DNA of 64,000 nucleotides from a virus (Duplodnaviria > Caudoviricetes): the IMG/VR virus record IMGVR_UViG_3300028585_000020, positions 24,633 to 88,632 of that record; one strand, given 5' to 3'. Shown piece by piece: positions 8,201 to 17,912 of the stretch. The notes under the pieces are model-generated. The model searched no databases. It saw only the letters and a program-made list of their open reading frames with translations, and was not told the DNA's origin. Each line of letters starts with the position of its first letter. Positions within the stretch are counted from its first letter, which is position 1. A program made the position numbers and the translations under genes.

Positions 8201-10878
8201 AAGGGTTGATTCAAGTTGTATCGATGTCTGAGCAAGCTGCTGATGCACTCCGTAAACGTGCTGATGCGATGGACACTTACAAGAAGCAGCAGGAAGCAAT
8301 CGTCAAGCTAAACTCCGCAGCAGACTCGTCACGTAACCGTGCAGAGGAGGCTAAAGAAGAAGCTGAAACAATGCTCAAGTACGGCGAGAACACTAAGCTT
8401 GGTGCGATGGCTGTCGCTGAGTTGGTTATTCAGAAATCAAAGCTCGATGATATCACTGGAAAAATTGCTAAGAGTGCTTTGCGTGAAGCAGCAGCCACAG
8501 AGCAATTGAACTCGGCATATAATGATTTGTTGAAGCAACAGATTGATATTAACAAAGCTTCGCAAGATGCACAAGCAGAAAGCCGATTGATCTTTGCTAG
8601 TAGTGAAGCTGAAAAAGTTTCTATTGCTAACGAAACTCGCAAGAAACTTCTGGCGATTGAGTACCAGAAAGCACAGGATGCGTACATCGCTAAAGAGACA
8701 TCTGGCACAGCACGCCCAGAAGATTTTGAAACTTACAGTAAAGCTTACAACGCTTACATTGAAACGTCAAATAAATCTGACCGTCTCGCATCAATGGAAA
8801 CCAACAATCTGAAATTGAAAGATTGGAAGAAAACAATTGATGACATTGAGCAAATTGGGCGTGAAGGTTTCTACAATCTGACAGAGAAAGGTACGAGCCT
8901 CTGGAAAAGCATGGCAACCACTTTCAAGAGCATGTTCAAGACTACGGTTATGGACTACATCTATAAAGAGTTTGCAAAGCCTCTGATGCTGAAAGTGATT
9001 GCGTCGGTTGCTGGCTTCATTGGTGCAGACGATTTGTCGAATGCAGCTAATGCGATGGGGGGAGATAAAGCATCTTCAATCACTGGCACTGCAACGAAGC
9101 TGTACGACATCTTTAAAGGTGGTGGGAAGTTTGAATCTACAATTTCAAAAAGCGTAAGCACTGGCTTTGAGAAACTTGGGTTCTCTTCTTCTAATTCCGC
9201 TACGGCAGGTAAGTGGGCAGGGACAGCGGGAAATATTGTGGCTGGATATACAGCAGGTAGTACAGTTAATAAAGCTATTTCGGGTGGCTACGAAACTGGC
9301 AACGGTTTCATGAAAGCCGAGAAGATTGCTACAGCAGCAGCTAGTGCAGTGTTTGGCCCGATTGGGGGGGCAGTCGCTGGGGCAGTGTCGGGATTAGTCA
9401 ATCGTGCATTCGGACGCAAGCCTAAAGAGATTACCTCGGAAGGTATTCGCGGCACAATTTCCAGTGATACCACTTCAGGCCAATCATACTCTGATTGGAT
9501 GCAAAAAGGTGGTTGGTTCCGTTCAGATAAAAAAGGTACTGACACTTCTGCGTTGAACTCGGACATCGTGAATTCGTTCACTAGTGGCCTTAACGAGATG
9601 AAAGCTTCGTCGTATGACTTTGCAAAGAATCTCGGAATCAACTCGACAGAACTGCAAGGGTACACGAAAGCATTTGACATCAAACTCACGGATGACGCCG
9701 AAGCCAATCAAAAAGCAATTTCTGATTTCTTTGTCAGCATCGGCGATGAAATGGCAACTCGGCTTATCCCAAATATTTCAGCATTTGCTAAGCAAGGAGA
9801 ATCTGCTTCTCAGACAATGGAGCGCCTTTCCAGTGTGTTTGCCACAACGCAGCAAGTGGCGGATATTCTTGGGCGTTCTGTGCAGCAGATGTTTGGACAA
9901 GCAGGGCTAGGTTCAGCGGGGGCACGTTCGTTGTTGGTTGATTTGTCGGGGGGTGTTGATAGCCTTGCTCAGAAAACTACAGCGTACATGAATGCAATTT
10001 ACACAGATTCTCAGAAACTTGAGCCTGTGCAGAAAGCATTGAGCGATGCAATGGCAAGTTTGGGGTACAGCGGAATCAAGACAAAGCAGCAGTTTAAAGC
10101 TGTGGTTGATGGATTGCAATTGACTGATGAAGCAAGTATTCGCACATTTAACGCTTTGTTGGAGTTGGCCCCTGCGTTTGGGCAAGTTGCAGATGCAGCA
10201 GAAGCTGTAGCTAAAGAATCTGCAAGCAGCATGACTTCGGCAATTGATCGCCTCAAAGAGTTTGGCAATTCTATCCGAGACTTCCGAAATGGATTAGTGC
10301 TGGGTAATCTGTCTACTCTAACTCCTGAGCAGAAACTTGCAGCAGCAGCTAGTCAGTATCAGACAACGCTCCAAAAAGCTGTGTCGGGTGATGAAAATGC
10401 ACAAGGAAACTTGACGAACATCGCTCAAGCCTATCTAGAAGCTGGTCGTACATTATACGCCAGCAGTGATGCTTACTCGACTATTTTTGATAAGGTGCAA
10501 TCTGATCTGGATATGACTAGTAAGTGGGCTGATACTGAAGTGAGCGTTATGCAGAAGCAGCTAGACGCTTTGAGCAGCATTGATAACACACTGAACAACA
10601 TGTTCAATTCCTCTGGCGGCTTTACATCCTCGGCAACTCCTGTGGTTAGTGTTGCTGCGACTTCGCAAGGGGGCAACAGAGAAACCTCGGAAGCTGTGGC
10701 GTTGCTGACAGCAGCAGTGGCTCAAGGGAATGAGAATGTTGTAGCAGAAATTCGCAAGTTGGCTGGTGCAACATACGACTCTAATTTTGAAGCTTCTAAC
10801 AATACAGTTGCAGGAGTTAGTGAGGCAATCAAGTCTAGCTCAAATAAAACTGGGACGTATGTTGTTGCACAACGTTAA
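5227..10878 (+). CDS. Tape measure protein
   Basis: 1883 aa, Ala-rich and helical, TP901-type core (LAGLDAQEAMQGVGATLNLAVAG); follows the chaperones. Confidence 0.95.
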   Translation: MSLEASGLKVVVESHGITNAADALNKLAVAGDKAEKSTKKLAQTDKATQASADKSAKTWYDLVDKVSKAKEKEYNLLQRHNNRVYAMAQAEANKMNSVMDRINQQDAAKFAKRRAQEQKQIEQLDMIRRNAAAKEYARAQADGNRLNTLMDRQRKQQEAAAKASAERQRVMNSTYSSSSLAQQIATLQRAQSYGNLGGNVSQRYGSNVAGAVSGGELERLQRQYRQLQLEARRANATMADTHAAVRGLSGSLGALWLTYGNLLPLIAGAAVGMAIKGVVAIGADIEHTLEKIRVLAVTTTAEVDQMRKVVFELGQGVQGPKDVANALSVLTLAGLDAQEAMQGVGATLNLAVAGDVSIEKASTTLVQISTSLGYTARDFGHIADVVAKTAAASMSSVDSISGAFLSAAAVGEVYGASLQDIGLGLATVANLGIQATAAGTTLKNFYADLSKGTEKSTKTLKDMGLSLRDLKDSNGGFIDLVELVTKLEQGFAKLDPQARGEAMDKLFGERGIKTGAALIKQVNTLSTEFDQFGNVYKNKLLEVAGEIEKSAAFATTAALAMSQTATNQMKSVGNTLQVTLAKAFESIAPQIGQVARALKVAFASPEFLNGIKIIATAVANLTLFIVEHAKQIAIMVAAYAGWKIGVFAAGLITMAKSFDIAKVAARGFTASLGPLGLAITALGIAWELYGNQKNKAITDNDANAGSLDEYAKGLKDAAIKEAEALRMRKAGTSELEIARKEQLASDKAASAKLVEASAEGVRAMKLSLDQQYSALSENEKKRAQMIRNGEVSSGSRNTVNYLDTVNKYMGAYNKHLDTVKDIQTAEHALFRDRQENGRLADEAAKKGWIKPTGTGELGGGDMEKAAQKAAKFHQNESLELNKLAAGYEAKNAAMRQSIELGKHVAAEAQQAIVLENLAAGKYGSKSKSNVLYQSQLRLAVLADEAKAENEKLKKVNEFATKIAELEAAQKAYNVEATEGSMTHFGALRKEAEGLIQVVSMSEQAADALRKRADAMDTYKKQQEAIVKLNSAADSSRNRAEEAKEEAETMLKYGENTKLGAMAVAELVIQKSKLDDITGKIAKSALREAAATEQLNSAYNDLLKQQIDINKASQDAQAESRLIFASSEAEKVSIANETRKKLLAIEYQKAQDAYIAKETSGTARPEDFETYSKAYNAYIETSNKSDRLASMETNNLKLKDWKKTIDDIEQIGREGFYNLTEKGTSLWKSMATTFKSMFKTTVMDYIYKEFAKPLMLKVIASVAGFIGADDLSNAANAMGGDKASSITGTATKLYDIFKGGGKFESTISKSVSTGFEKLGFSSSNSATAGKWAGTAGNIVAGYTAGSTVNKAISGGYETGNGFMKAEKIATAAASAVFGPIGGAVAGAVSGLVNRAFGRKPKEITSEGIRGTISSDTTSGQSYSDWMQKGGWFRSDKKGTDTSALNSDIVNSFTSGLNEMKASSYDFAKNLGINSTELQGYTKAFDIKLTDDAEANQKAISDFFVSIGDEMATRLIPNISAFAKQGESASQTMERLSSVFATTQQVADILGRSVQQMFGQAGLGSAGARSLLVDLSGGVDSLAQKTTAYMNAIYTDSQKLEPVQKALSDAMASLGYSGIKTKQQFKAVVDGLQLTDEASIRTFNALLELAPAFGQVADAAEAVAKESASSMTSAIDRLKEFGNSIRDFRNGLVLGNLSTLTPEQKLAAAASQYQTTLQKAVSGDENAQGNLTNIAQAYLEAGRTLYASSDAYSTIFDKVQSDLDMTSKWADTEVSVMQKQLDALSSIDNTLNNMFNSSGGFTSSATPVVSVAATSQGGNRETSEAVALLTAAVAQGNENVVAEIRKLAGATYDSNFEASNNTVAGVSEAIKSSSNKTGTYVVAQR

Positions 10879-10930
10879 AGTTTCTAGATGTGTAAGAAAC
10901 TTGCAAAATGTTTGATGAAAGGTTATAATT

Positions 10931-12439
10931 ATGGTTAATTACGCGGCATGGCTTAAAAACCCTGCCGCTCCCCGTATTATTATCGTAGAGGTGAAAGTAA
11001 AGAGTGGCGGACAAGAAACAACCCGCTATCTCTCTACTGCACACTACGTAACCTCTCCTTCTGACACTCCTTCTAATCAATACTACGAGCCAGTGCTTAC
11101 TGCTGGCTTTCAGTATGTTGAACAGTTGGATTTGACAGGAGAAGGTGGTTTGTCTGGCGGTGATGTTGAAATTGCCAATTACAACGGGGAGCGGGACAGT
11201 TGGTTGAATGATATTTGGGATAACCGCAGTATTGTAGCATGGATTGGTGATCCTAGTTGGAACCGTAGTGATTTCCAAATGATCTTTAATGGTGCTGTAG
11301 CATCTATTGATTGCCGTAGCAGAGACACACTTGTCTTAATGCTTCGGGACAAAATGCAAATGCTGGATACCCCCGCCACAGACAGTAAGATTGGTGGTAC
11401 GGGAACTAACAAAGGTGATGTAGTGAGTCTCTGCTTCGGAGAAGCGCACAATGTAACTCCGGATATTATTACTAGTACAGACGGTAGTAGTGCACGTCTC
11501 ACAACTTATAAAGTTCACGACACAACGATTGAGAGATTCCTTGAGGTTAGGGATAACGGAGTTCCTATCGCCAATGACAACATTGGTTGGTCGAAAGTTA
11601 CAAGAAACCTCTCCAACGGGACATTCACATTAAATCAATCCTCGGAAGGGACGATTACAGCATCCGTTCAAGGGGATAAGAACACCACGTTCAAGCCAAC
11701 TATTGCTTCCCTTGTTCGTAGGTTGGCAACATCTTATGGAACTGTTGAGTCTAGATATTCTTCGGGGGATATTGACGAAAATAATTTTACATCTTTCGAT
11801 ATCCAATGTTCACAGCCTGTAGGAACATTTTTACAAGGGACTTCTAACGTTCTGCTTACTTGCCAAGAATTGGCAGCAAGCGTAGATGCAAGATTGGTTA
11901 CGTCAAGGCTTGGGAAGCTACGCCTTATTCAAGTTAGTGTGCCGGGTGTAGGTACCCCTGTTGAAATTAATTCTAATCAAATTGTATTAGATTCTCTGAG
12001 GATTTCGGCGCGCCCGTTTGTGAAGGCGTCTGTAACTCTGGGATTTAACAAGAACTACACAGTTCAAAAGGACTTGCTGACAGGTATCCCCGACGAACAT
12101 AAGCAGATGTTTTCAGACGAGTGGCTTACAGTAACGTCTACTAACAACACTGTCAAGTCAGATTACAAATTAAACACTGCGCCAGAGCAGACTAACACAT
12201 TGTTGCTTCGTAGAACAGACGCAGCCTTAGAAGCAGACCGCCGTAGGTTATTGTGGAGCAAGCAACGAACAGTGTTTCAGTTTGAGGGAACTTCAGATTT
12301 GATTGATTCTTTGGAGCTTGGTAGAGCAGTTTTGCTGAAGCATCACAGGTATGGTTTGTCGCAAGGCGTAGAGGGCACAGTTGTATCGCTATCTCCAAAT
12401 TGGTTCACAGGGAGGATTGTGGTAGGTATTTTAACATAA
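10931..12439 (+). CDS. Tail tip/baseplate hub protein
   Basis: 502 aa directly after the tape measure gene; CFGEAHNVTP motif and hub-like C-terminus (LELGRAVLLKHHRYG). Confidence 0.65.
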   Translation: MVNYAAWLKNPAAPRIIIVEVKVKSGGQETTRYLSTAHYVTSPSDTPSNQYYEPVLTAGFQYVEQLDLTGEGGLSGGDVEIANYNGERDSWLNDIWDNRSIVAWIGDPSWNRSDFQMIFNGAVASIDCRSRDTLVLMLRDKMQMLDTPATDSKIGGTGTNKGDVVSLCFGEAHNVTPDIITSTDGSSARLTTYKVHDTTIERFLEVRDNGVPIANDNIGWSKVTRNLSNGTFTLNQSSEGTITASVQGDKNTTFKPTIASLVRRLATSYGTVESRYSSGDIDENNFTSFDIQCSQPVGTFLQGTSNVLLTCQELAASVDARLVTSRLGKLRLIQVSVPGVGTPVEINSNQIVLDSLRISARPFVKASVTLGFNKNYTVQKDLLTGIPDEHKQMFSDEWLTVTSTNNTVKSDYKLNTAPEQTNTLLLRRTDAALEADRRRLLWSKQRTVFQFEGTSDLIDSLELGRAVLLKHHRYGLSQGVEGTVVSLSPNWFTGRIVVGILT

Positions 12440-12449
12440 AGGAATTGAA

Positions 12450-15065
12450 ATGGCAGATGTAATTAATGACAGGGACACACTCCTAATCGGCTCACCTCAA
12501 AGGGCCAACAATCCACTGAACGCAGATATTCTTCTCCAGCTAAGCACTCCTAGCGGTTTCAGGGTCGTCAACAATACAGGAACCCCTAGTACTATTACTA
12601 TCACTGCCAACCTTATTAGCTTAGTAGGCACTGTTACTTTCACTGCTGTTGGTGCAACGATTACTGATAACAGGGATAACACAGCTACACTGGCCTACCT
12701 TGACATGGCTGGCGATTCTGCCACTATCACTGCGCAGCTTAATTCAAATGGCGAAGTGTTCACCAGCAGCGTAGAGGTAGGTAAAATTTACAGCGGCGCA
12801 ACATTTTACACTTGGGTTAAGTATGCGGATTCCGCAGCAGGGGTAGGTTTGAGTGATGACCCTACAGGAAAAGCTTACATCGGTTTTGCCTATAACAAAG
12901 CAACAGCCACTGAGTCTAATATAGCATCTGACTATGCGTTCTCTTTGATTAAAGGTACGGACGGACAACCGGGCGGGCAAGGTGCTGATGGACAGACTTT
13001 GTACACTTGGATTAAATATTCTGATTTCTCAGATGGAACCGGGCTATACGACACACCAACTGCAAGCACCCAGTACCTTGGAATTGCAGTCAACAAAACT
13101 ACGTCCACCGAGTCCACCAATAAAGTAGATTATGTGTGGTCCAAATTTCGTGGGGATCAAGGAGTTCCGGGTAACACTGGCACGCCCGGTGCTACAGGGG
13201 ATAAAACTGCAACTGTGTATCTTTACCAGTACGCACCGGCTGCGCCAGCAAAGCCAACGGGAACTTCAGGATACACTTGGGCCACTGCTGTAAATAGCAC
13301 GTATAGTGCAAATGATGGTTGGAGTGTAGTGGTGCCGACCAATCCGGGCGGGCCTAATACAAGGTTGTACGTGGCATCTGTGAATATCACAGCATCTGGC
13401 AACACAGCGTCAACAGTAGTATCTTACAGCAATTCTTCTGTTGCAGCTTGGACTCAAAATGGCGCTGATGGTGTTAGCGGTGTACAAAGTGCTACGGCTA
13501 TTGTGTATCAGTGGGCAGCATCTATTCCTACTGGCCCGATTGGATCAGGCACTTACACATGGAGTAATGGGACATACGCTGCCCCAAGTGGTTGGTCGCT
13601 AGTTCCGCCTAACCCACCATCACAAGGTATCTCGCTGTGGGCTGCTCGTGTGAATATTGTGGATTCTGCCAAGAACGCAACAACTGAATTCAATTGGGCA
13701 TCTGCTTCAATTTATGTTGCAGGTAGCTCCGGGGCGAATGGCAGCGCAGGGCCGAGTGGTGCATCATTCGTAATTGCCTACGCGGCTTCCACAAGCATCT
13801 CGTCTAACACTGCACCACCTCCTACAACAGGCAAAAACAGCGTCCCAGAGACTAATAGTGGCGGAATTGTTGGGACATATACAAAGACCGTACCTGCACT
13901 TGCAGAAGGCCAGCGGATGTTCCAAGTTGATGGCATTTATGATCCAACCACAAATCTTGTGACATGGAGTGTACCCTATTGGTCGGTGTTTAAGGTAGGC
14001 AGTCTTTCTGCTATCGTAGTAAACACTGGTAATTTGACAGTCACTGGCACTGTAAGTGATGCATCTGGAAATTGGAGTATCGACAGCAACGGCAAAATGA
14101 CTGCAAAGAGTTTTGAACTGAGCACTTCCGATAATCAATTAATTTTGCAATCCGGTATCCCACTGTCTCGACAGACTGCAACAAGCCCCAATTTTGTACC
14201 ATCAGTTAGGCAATGGAAAAGATGGACTGGAGGTGCTGTACCTCTGGGTGGCTCTGACAATACAGCAAATGGGGAGTATATACATTTCCCCGCGAGTTCT
14301 GATAGTAAATTTGTCGAAACAGACATCCAGTTATTGCCCTACGCAGAAACGTATACGCTAAGTTGTTTGGCGATTAGTTATGGTCAACCGGGCGTGTTGG
14401 CTATTGATATTATAGGGTCTCCAAATTTGTTTGTCCGGGCATTTTTAGTGCAACCCCCTGTAGGGTCTTTGCAACAATATGTGGCAACATTCACTCTTCC
14501 GGGGGGCACATCAGGGGTTGTCATTAGGTGCCTAACAGGGAATGCAAATCAGGTGGAGGTGGCAGACATTAAGTTGGAGACGGGGTACAAAGCAACAGCT
14601 TGGAGTGACAACGTAATCACTCCCGGAAATGCTGCGATGAAGGTGTTTCCTGATTCTATCACCAACACACAGTTTGGTGGCGACCTTTATAGCTCAAACT
14701 GGAACGGTGTTGTTGGGCCGGGAGGGGCGGGCTGGCTCTTGCAGCGCACAGGCACATTCTATGCTGGAGACGTCAGACTACGTGGGAATATTGCTGGAGG
14801 TTCTTTCAATGGCTACGCTTGGCCTGCGGCTGGTTTAACAGGGTATTACGTGGGTGCGGAAGGCGCTCTGTGGGGAAATCCAAACAACGGCTCTTATATA
14901 CAAATTACAGCTACTGGCAATATCTACACACCAACCTTTCGCGTAGAAGACGGGCAAGTATCCATTAAATCTGCTGACTCAGGCCAACGCACTGAGATTG
15001 ATAAAAACGGCACTAGAGTGTATGCGCCGAACGGTCAGATGGTTGTAAGAATAGGGGTTTGGTAA
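12450..15065 (+). CDS. Central tail fibre / host-specificity protein
   Basis: YTW(V/I)KY(A/S)D repeats, short Gly-X-Y collagen-like linkers, CBM-like insert (KLETGYKATAWS), J-like C-terminus (RVYAPNGQMVVRIGVW). Confidence 0.8.
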   Translation: MADVINDRDTLLIGSPQRANNPLNADILLQLSTPSGFRVVNNTGTPSTITITANLISLVGTVTFTAVGATITDNRDNTATLAYLDMAGDSATITAQLNSNGEVFTSSVEVGKIYSGATFYTWVKYADSAAGVGLSDDPTGKAYIGFAYNKATATESNIASDYAFSLIKGTDGQPGGQGADGQTLYTWIKYSDFSDGTGLYDTPTASTQYLGIAVNKTTSTESTNKVDYVWSKFRGDQGVPGNTGTPGATGDKTATVYLYQYAPAAPAKPTGTSGYTWATAVNSTYSANDGWSVVVPTNPGGPNTRLYVASVNITASGNTASTVVSYSNSSVAAWTQNGADGVSGVQSATAIVYQWAASIPTGPIGSGTYTWSNGTYAAPSGWSLVPPNPPSQGISLWAARVNIVDSAKNATTEFNWASASIYVAGSSGANGSAGPSGASFVIAYAASTSISSNTAPPPTTGKNSVPETNSGGIVGTYTKTVPALAEGQRMFQVDGIYDPTTNLVTWSVPYWSVFKVGSLSAIVVNTGNLTVTGTVSDASGNWSIDSNGKMTAKSFELSTSDNQLILQSGIPLSRQTATSPNFVPSVRQWKRWTGGAVPLGGSDNTANGEYIHFPASSDSKFVETDIQLLPYAETYTLSCLAISYGQPGVLAIDIIGSPNLFVRAFLVQPPVGSLQQYVATFTLPGGTSGVVIRCLTGNANQVEVADIKLETGYKATAWSDNVITPGNAAMKVFPDSITNTQFGGDLYSSNWNGVVGPGGAGWLLQRTGTFYAGDVRLRGNIAGGSFNGYAWPAAGLTGYYVGAEGALWGNPNNGSYIQITATGNIYTPTFRVEDGQVSIKSADSGQRTEIDKNGTRVYAPNGQMVVRIGVW

Positions 15066-15066
15066 A

Positions 15067-15339
15067 ATGCCTTCTGGAATGCAGTTATTTAATCTTAACG
15101 GAGTTTTAGCTTTTGATTCCAACTTCGCTACAGGAGGGGTTTGTCTGGATATTGTTTTTCTTCCGGGAGGGACTGTAACTTATTCTTTCCCCGAAGCTCC
15201 TATATCTTCCAACCCTTTCGTCATATTCGGTGCTGGATTTATTAATCTTCCTTGGTCTTATTCTCTGGTAAACAATGTCCCAACATTTACTTTTCCAGAT
15301 AGTGTGGCAGGAGTTACGGTGGGGATGTATTTAAAATGA
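15067..15339 (+). CDS. Small tail-tip accessory protein
   Basis: GMQLFNLNGVLAFDSN motif typical of genes following J-like fibres. Confidence 0.55.
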   Translation: MPSGMQLFNLNGVLAFDSNFATGGVCLDIVFLPGGTVTYSFPEAPISSNPFVIFGAGFINLPWSYSLVNNVPTFTFPDSVAGVTVGMYLK

Positions 15340-16064
15340 TAGGGTTCCAAATATTTAATCCTAGTGGACAAATGGTAATGTCGAGTAATACAAAAAGTAC
15401 CAGATGCTTAGGTAAGGCAAGTCATGTACAAACTGTACAACCTACCGGAGTTGTCGGAATGGCGTCGAGTCGAGTATCAGGATATTCTGTGTATACGTTC
15501 TCGCATAATGCACCAGTCCTGTGGGGAATTGATCTTCCTGTAGGTAGGAAAGTTGGAATCTCTACATCTTCTTACAGGAACGGTGTTCACACAATTGAAG
15601 TTTATTGCGGAGACTCTCCAGACAATGATGGGTTTGACGCACAATACCCCGTAGATGTGTGGGCATTTGGCACAGGTGTTTCCCCTTCGGGCAATTACGG
15701 TATTCAGCTATTTAGTACGAGTGGCATCCTAACTCACGACTTAGCTTTGCCTAATATCTCCTTTCCTGTGGCGGTTGGGGAAATTGGCACTTCATCTCAA
15801 GTTCCAGCTGGGGTAGGTCGCCCAATATCTGTAGGGACAAGCCCTTTTGTAAGAATTAGATATACCAATATTGATCCGGATAACGAGAGTAATGGATATT
15901 ACACCACACAAACTCGTAATTTTGTCATGAGAGACTCTGGTAATGTTGTGGCCTATTATGAAGGCACTATTAACAAACGCACAAGTCCCGGTTTTAAGCC
16001 CGCAGACAATACAATTTCCTTCCCGTCTACGTTTTTTGTATCCGAAGGCATATTGCTGCCGTAA
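15336..16064 (+). CDS. Tail-tip accessory protein
   Basis: GFQIFNPSG and YGIQLFSTSG repeats, related to the preceding gene. Confidence 0.55.
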   Translation: MIGFQIFNPSGQMVMSSNTKSTRCLGKASHVQTVQPTGVVGMASSRVSGYSVYTFSHNAPVLWGIDLPVGRKVGISTSSYRNGVHTIEVYCGDSPDNDGFDAQYPVDVWAFGTGVSPSGNYGIQLFSTSGILTHDLALPNISFPVAVGEIGTSSQVPAGVGRPISVGTSPFVRIRYTNIDPDNESNGYYTTQTRNFVMRDSGNVVAYYEGTINKRTSPGFKPADNTISFPSTFFVSEGILLP

Positions 16065-16081
16065 CCAATATAAGGAATAAT

Positions 16082-16762
16082 ATGGCAATCTTAAAAAGTA
16101 TAAGGCTAGACACGGGAGTAAGTGTATCTTACCACACCGTAACAAAAATCGAAATAGATGACGTAAATAAACTGTTACGAGTGGATTTAAAATCTCATGC
16201 TGACGAAGAGAGCGCTCTGAACGGATTGCCCGCTGCATGGTGTTGGAGCTTGTCAACTGGCTCTGTAGTCGATAATGTATATGCGCTGATTGGAGACTTG
16301 GAAACGTACGTTGTCAATACCTTCGATATTTTTAAAGACAGTATCACAACGCCTGATTTGACCAACTCACTAACCGCCCTCAAACGACGCAAAATGGTGG
16401 AAATCAGAACAAAATGTGAAGCTCAGATTTACGAAGGATTTAAGTGTTCTGCTTTGGGGGAGGAATTCTTGTACCCTGCTAAGAGCACAGACCAGACGAA
16501 TTTGATGGCGTCTGTCACAGACTCTCTGATAGAGCCTCCAGAGTCCAATTGGACTACACCGTTCTGGTGTGCAGACGAAGATGGTGTTTGGGAATTCAGG
16601 GATCACAGTGTCGCTCAGATACAAGTTGTAGGGCGGTGCGGTAAGGTGGCAATCCTTGATGCAATGCGCCGTAACGAAATCATTCAACGAATAATCCAAG
16701 CGTCCTCAGAGGCTGATCTTCAGGGGATTACATGGGATATGAATCTGGAGCCGTATGCCTAA
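16082..16762 (+). CDS. Tail fibre assembly-like protein (DUF4376-like C-terminus)
   Basis: GFKCSALGEEFLYP..DQTNL..FWCADEDG.W..HSVAQIQVVG pattern. Confidence 0.65.
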   Translation: MAILKSIRLDTGVSVSYHTVTKIEIDDVNKLLRVDLKSHADEESALNGLPAAWCWSLSTGSVVDNVYALIGDLETYVVNTFDIFKDSITTPDLTNSLTALKRRKMVEIRTKCEAQIYEGFKCSALGEEFLYPAKSTDQTNLMASVTDSLIEPPESNWTTPFWCADEDGVWEFRDHSVAQIQVVGRCGKVAILDAMRRNEIIQRIIQASSEADLQGITWDMNLEPYA

Positions 16763-17567
16763 TATCCGAATTGTGTACGACAACGCAGCCAATAGAGCAA
16801 CAATCACTTCTTCGTCTGTTGTCAGTTCCCTACCTGCTGCTAATTTGCTGAGTGACATCAAGAGTATGGTTTGCAGAGGTACAGGAACAGCGCTTACATT
16901 GACACTTACGTGGACCACTCCTGAGGAAATAGATTGTACGGCATTTGCATTTACTAATGCCAGTGTTAACGCAATAATCAGTGTGGAAGGGTACACTGAG
17001 ATAGGTGATACAATCCCTGTTTACAACAAATCAAATCTTGCCTCTCTTGGATCAGTTACAGATGTGAAGGGAGTTAATAATCTTGCGTACGGCTCAGGGG
17101 TGTATGCTACTCATTGGCTTGATTCTACAATCACTGTACGTAAGCTTGTAATTACATTGTTCGATCCTTCTAACGCTCAAGGTTATATCGAGGCAGGCAG
17201 GCTTATTGTCGGTAAATACTGGCAACCATCCTTCGGTGTAGAACAAGAAGGTACATCGTTGACAATGGTAGATTCTAGCACACAGTTTAGAACAGAAGCA
17301 GGTGATATGCACATTACGGTCAAACCACGCTACAGAAAGCAAACTCTGTCTATGCCTTCGCTGAATAAGGCTGACCAGAAAAAGATGTGGACTATCCTAT
17401 GGAACAACGGTATCGTAAAACCTCTGTTTCTCAGCCTACACCCTAATAATTCTGACAAAGAGCTTGAGCAATCCCATGTACTGTATGGAAGGCTCTCATC
17501 CAGCCCATCGATGCAAACACCCTATTTCTCATATCAGAGTGCCACTTTAGATATCGAAGAAATTTAA
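16755..17567 (+). CDS. Distal-tail-like virion protein
   Basis: GYIEAGRLIVGKYWQPS..FRTEAG..RYRKQTLS pattern seen in siphophage tail-tip genes. Confidence 0.55.
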   Translation: MPNIRIVYDNAANRATITSSSVVSSLPAANLLSDIKSMVCRGTGTALTLTLTWTTPEEIDCTAFAFTNASVNAIISVEGYTEIGDTIPVYNKSNLASLGSVTDVKGVNNLAYGSGVYATHWLDSTITVRKLVITLFDPSNAQGYIEAGRLIVGKYWQPSFGVEQEGTSLTMVDSSTQFRTEAGDMHITVKPRYRKQTLSMPSLNKADQKKMWTILWNNGIVKPLFLSLHPNNSDKELEQSHVLYGRLSSSPSMQTPYFSYQSATLDIEEI

Positions 17568-17579
17568 ATAGGAAAAACT

Positions 17580-17912
17580 ATGAACTTTGAACAACTATTG
17601 ATGTGGGCATTAAATGGCTGTCTAGCTATTGCAGCCACTGTCCTGTGGTCAATCATCCAAGATTTGAAAACCAGCATTAAGGAAATTTCCACCAAGTGTG
17701 ATGTTAAGTACAACGAAAACGAAACTCATATTGACAAAGTAGAGGCAGCGCTAATGGTACACCAATTGGACGTTAGTTCCCGCTTTGTCACTCGTGAAGA
17801 ACTTAAACAGTTTATTCTATCCATCACACAAACACTAGACCGTCAGACAGACAAACTTGAAACACGGCTTGAGCGTATGGAAGAACGCATCTTAGACAGA
17901 GGACGAACATGA
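17580..17912 (+). CDS. Holin-like protein
   Basis: One N-terminal hydrophobic helix plus coiled coil, directly before the endolysin. Confidence 0.6.
   Translation: MNFEQLLMWALNGCLAIAATVLWSIIQDLKTSIKEISTKCDVKYNENETHIDKVEAALMVHQLDVSSRFVTREELKQFILSITQTLDRQTDKLETRLERMEERILDRGRT

Noticed and set aside
10901-10929. TTGCAA-17-TATAAT promoter-like box before the hub gene
   Set aside because: Predicted start site falls downstream of the ATG at 10931; the sequence is explained by the RBS spacer. Uncertain rather than excluded
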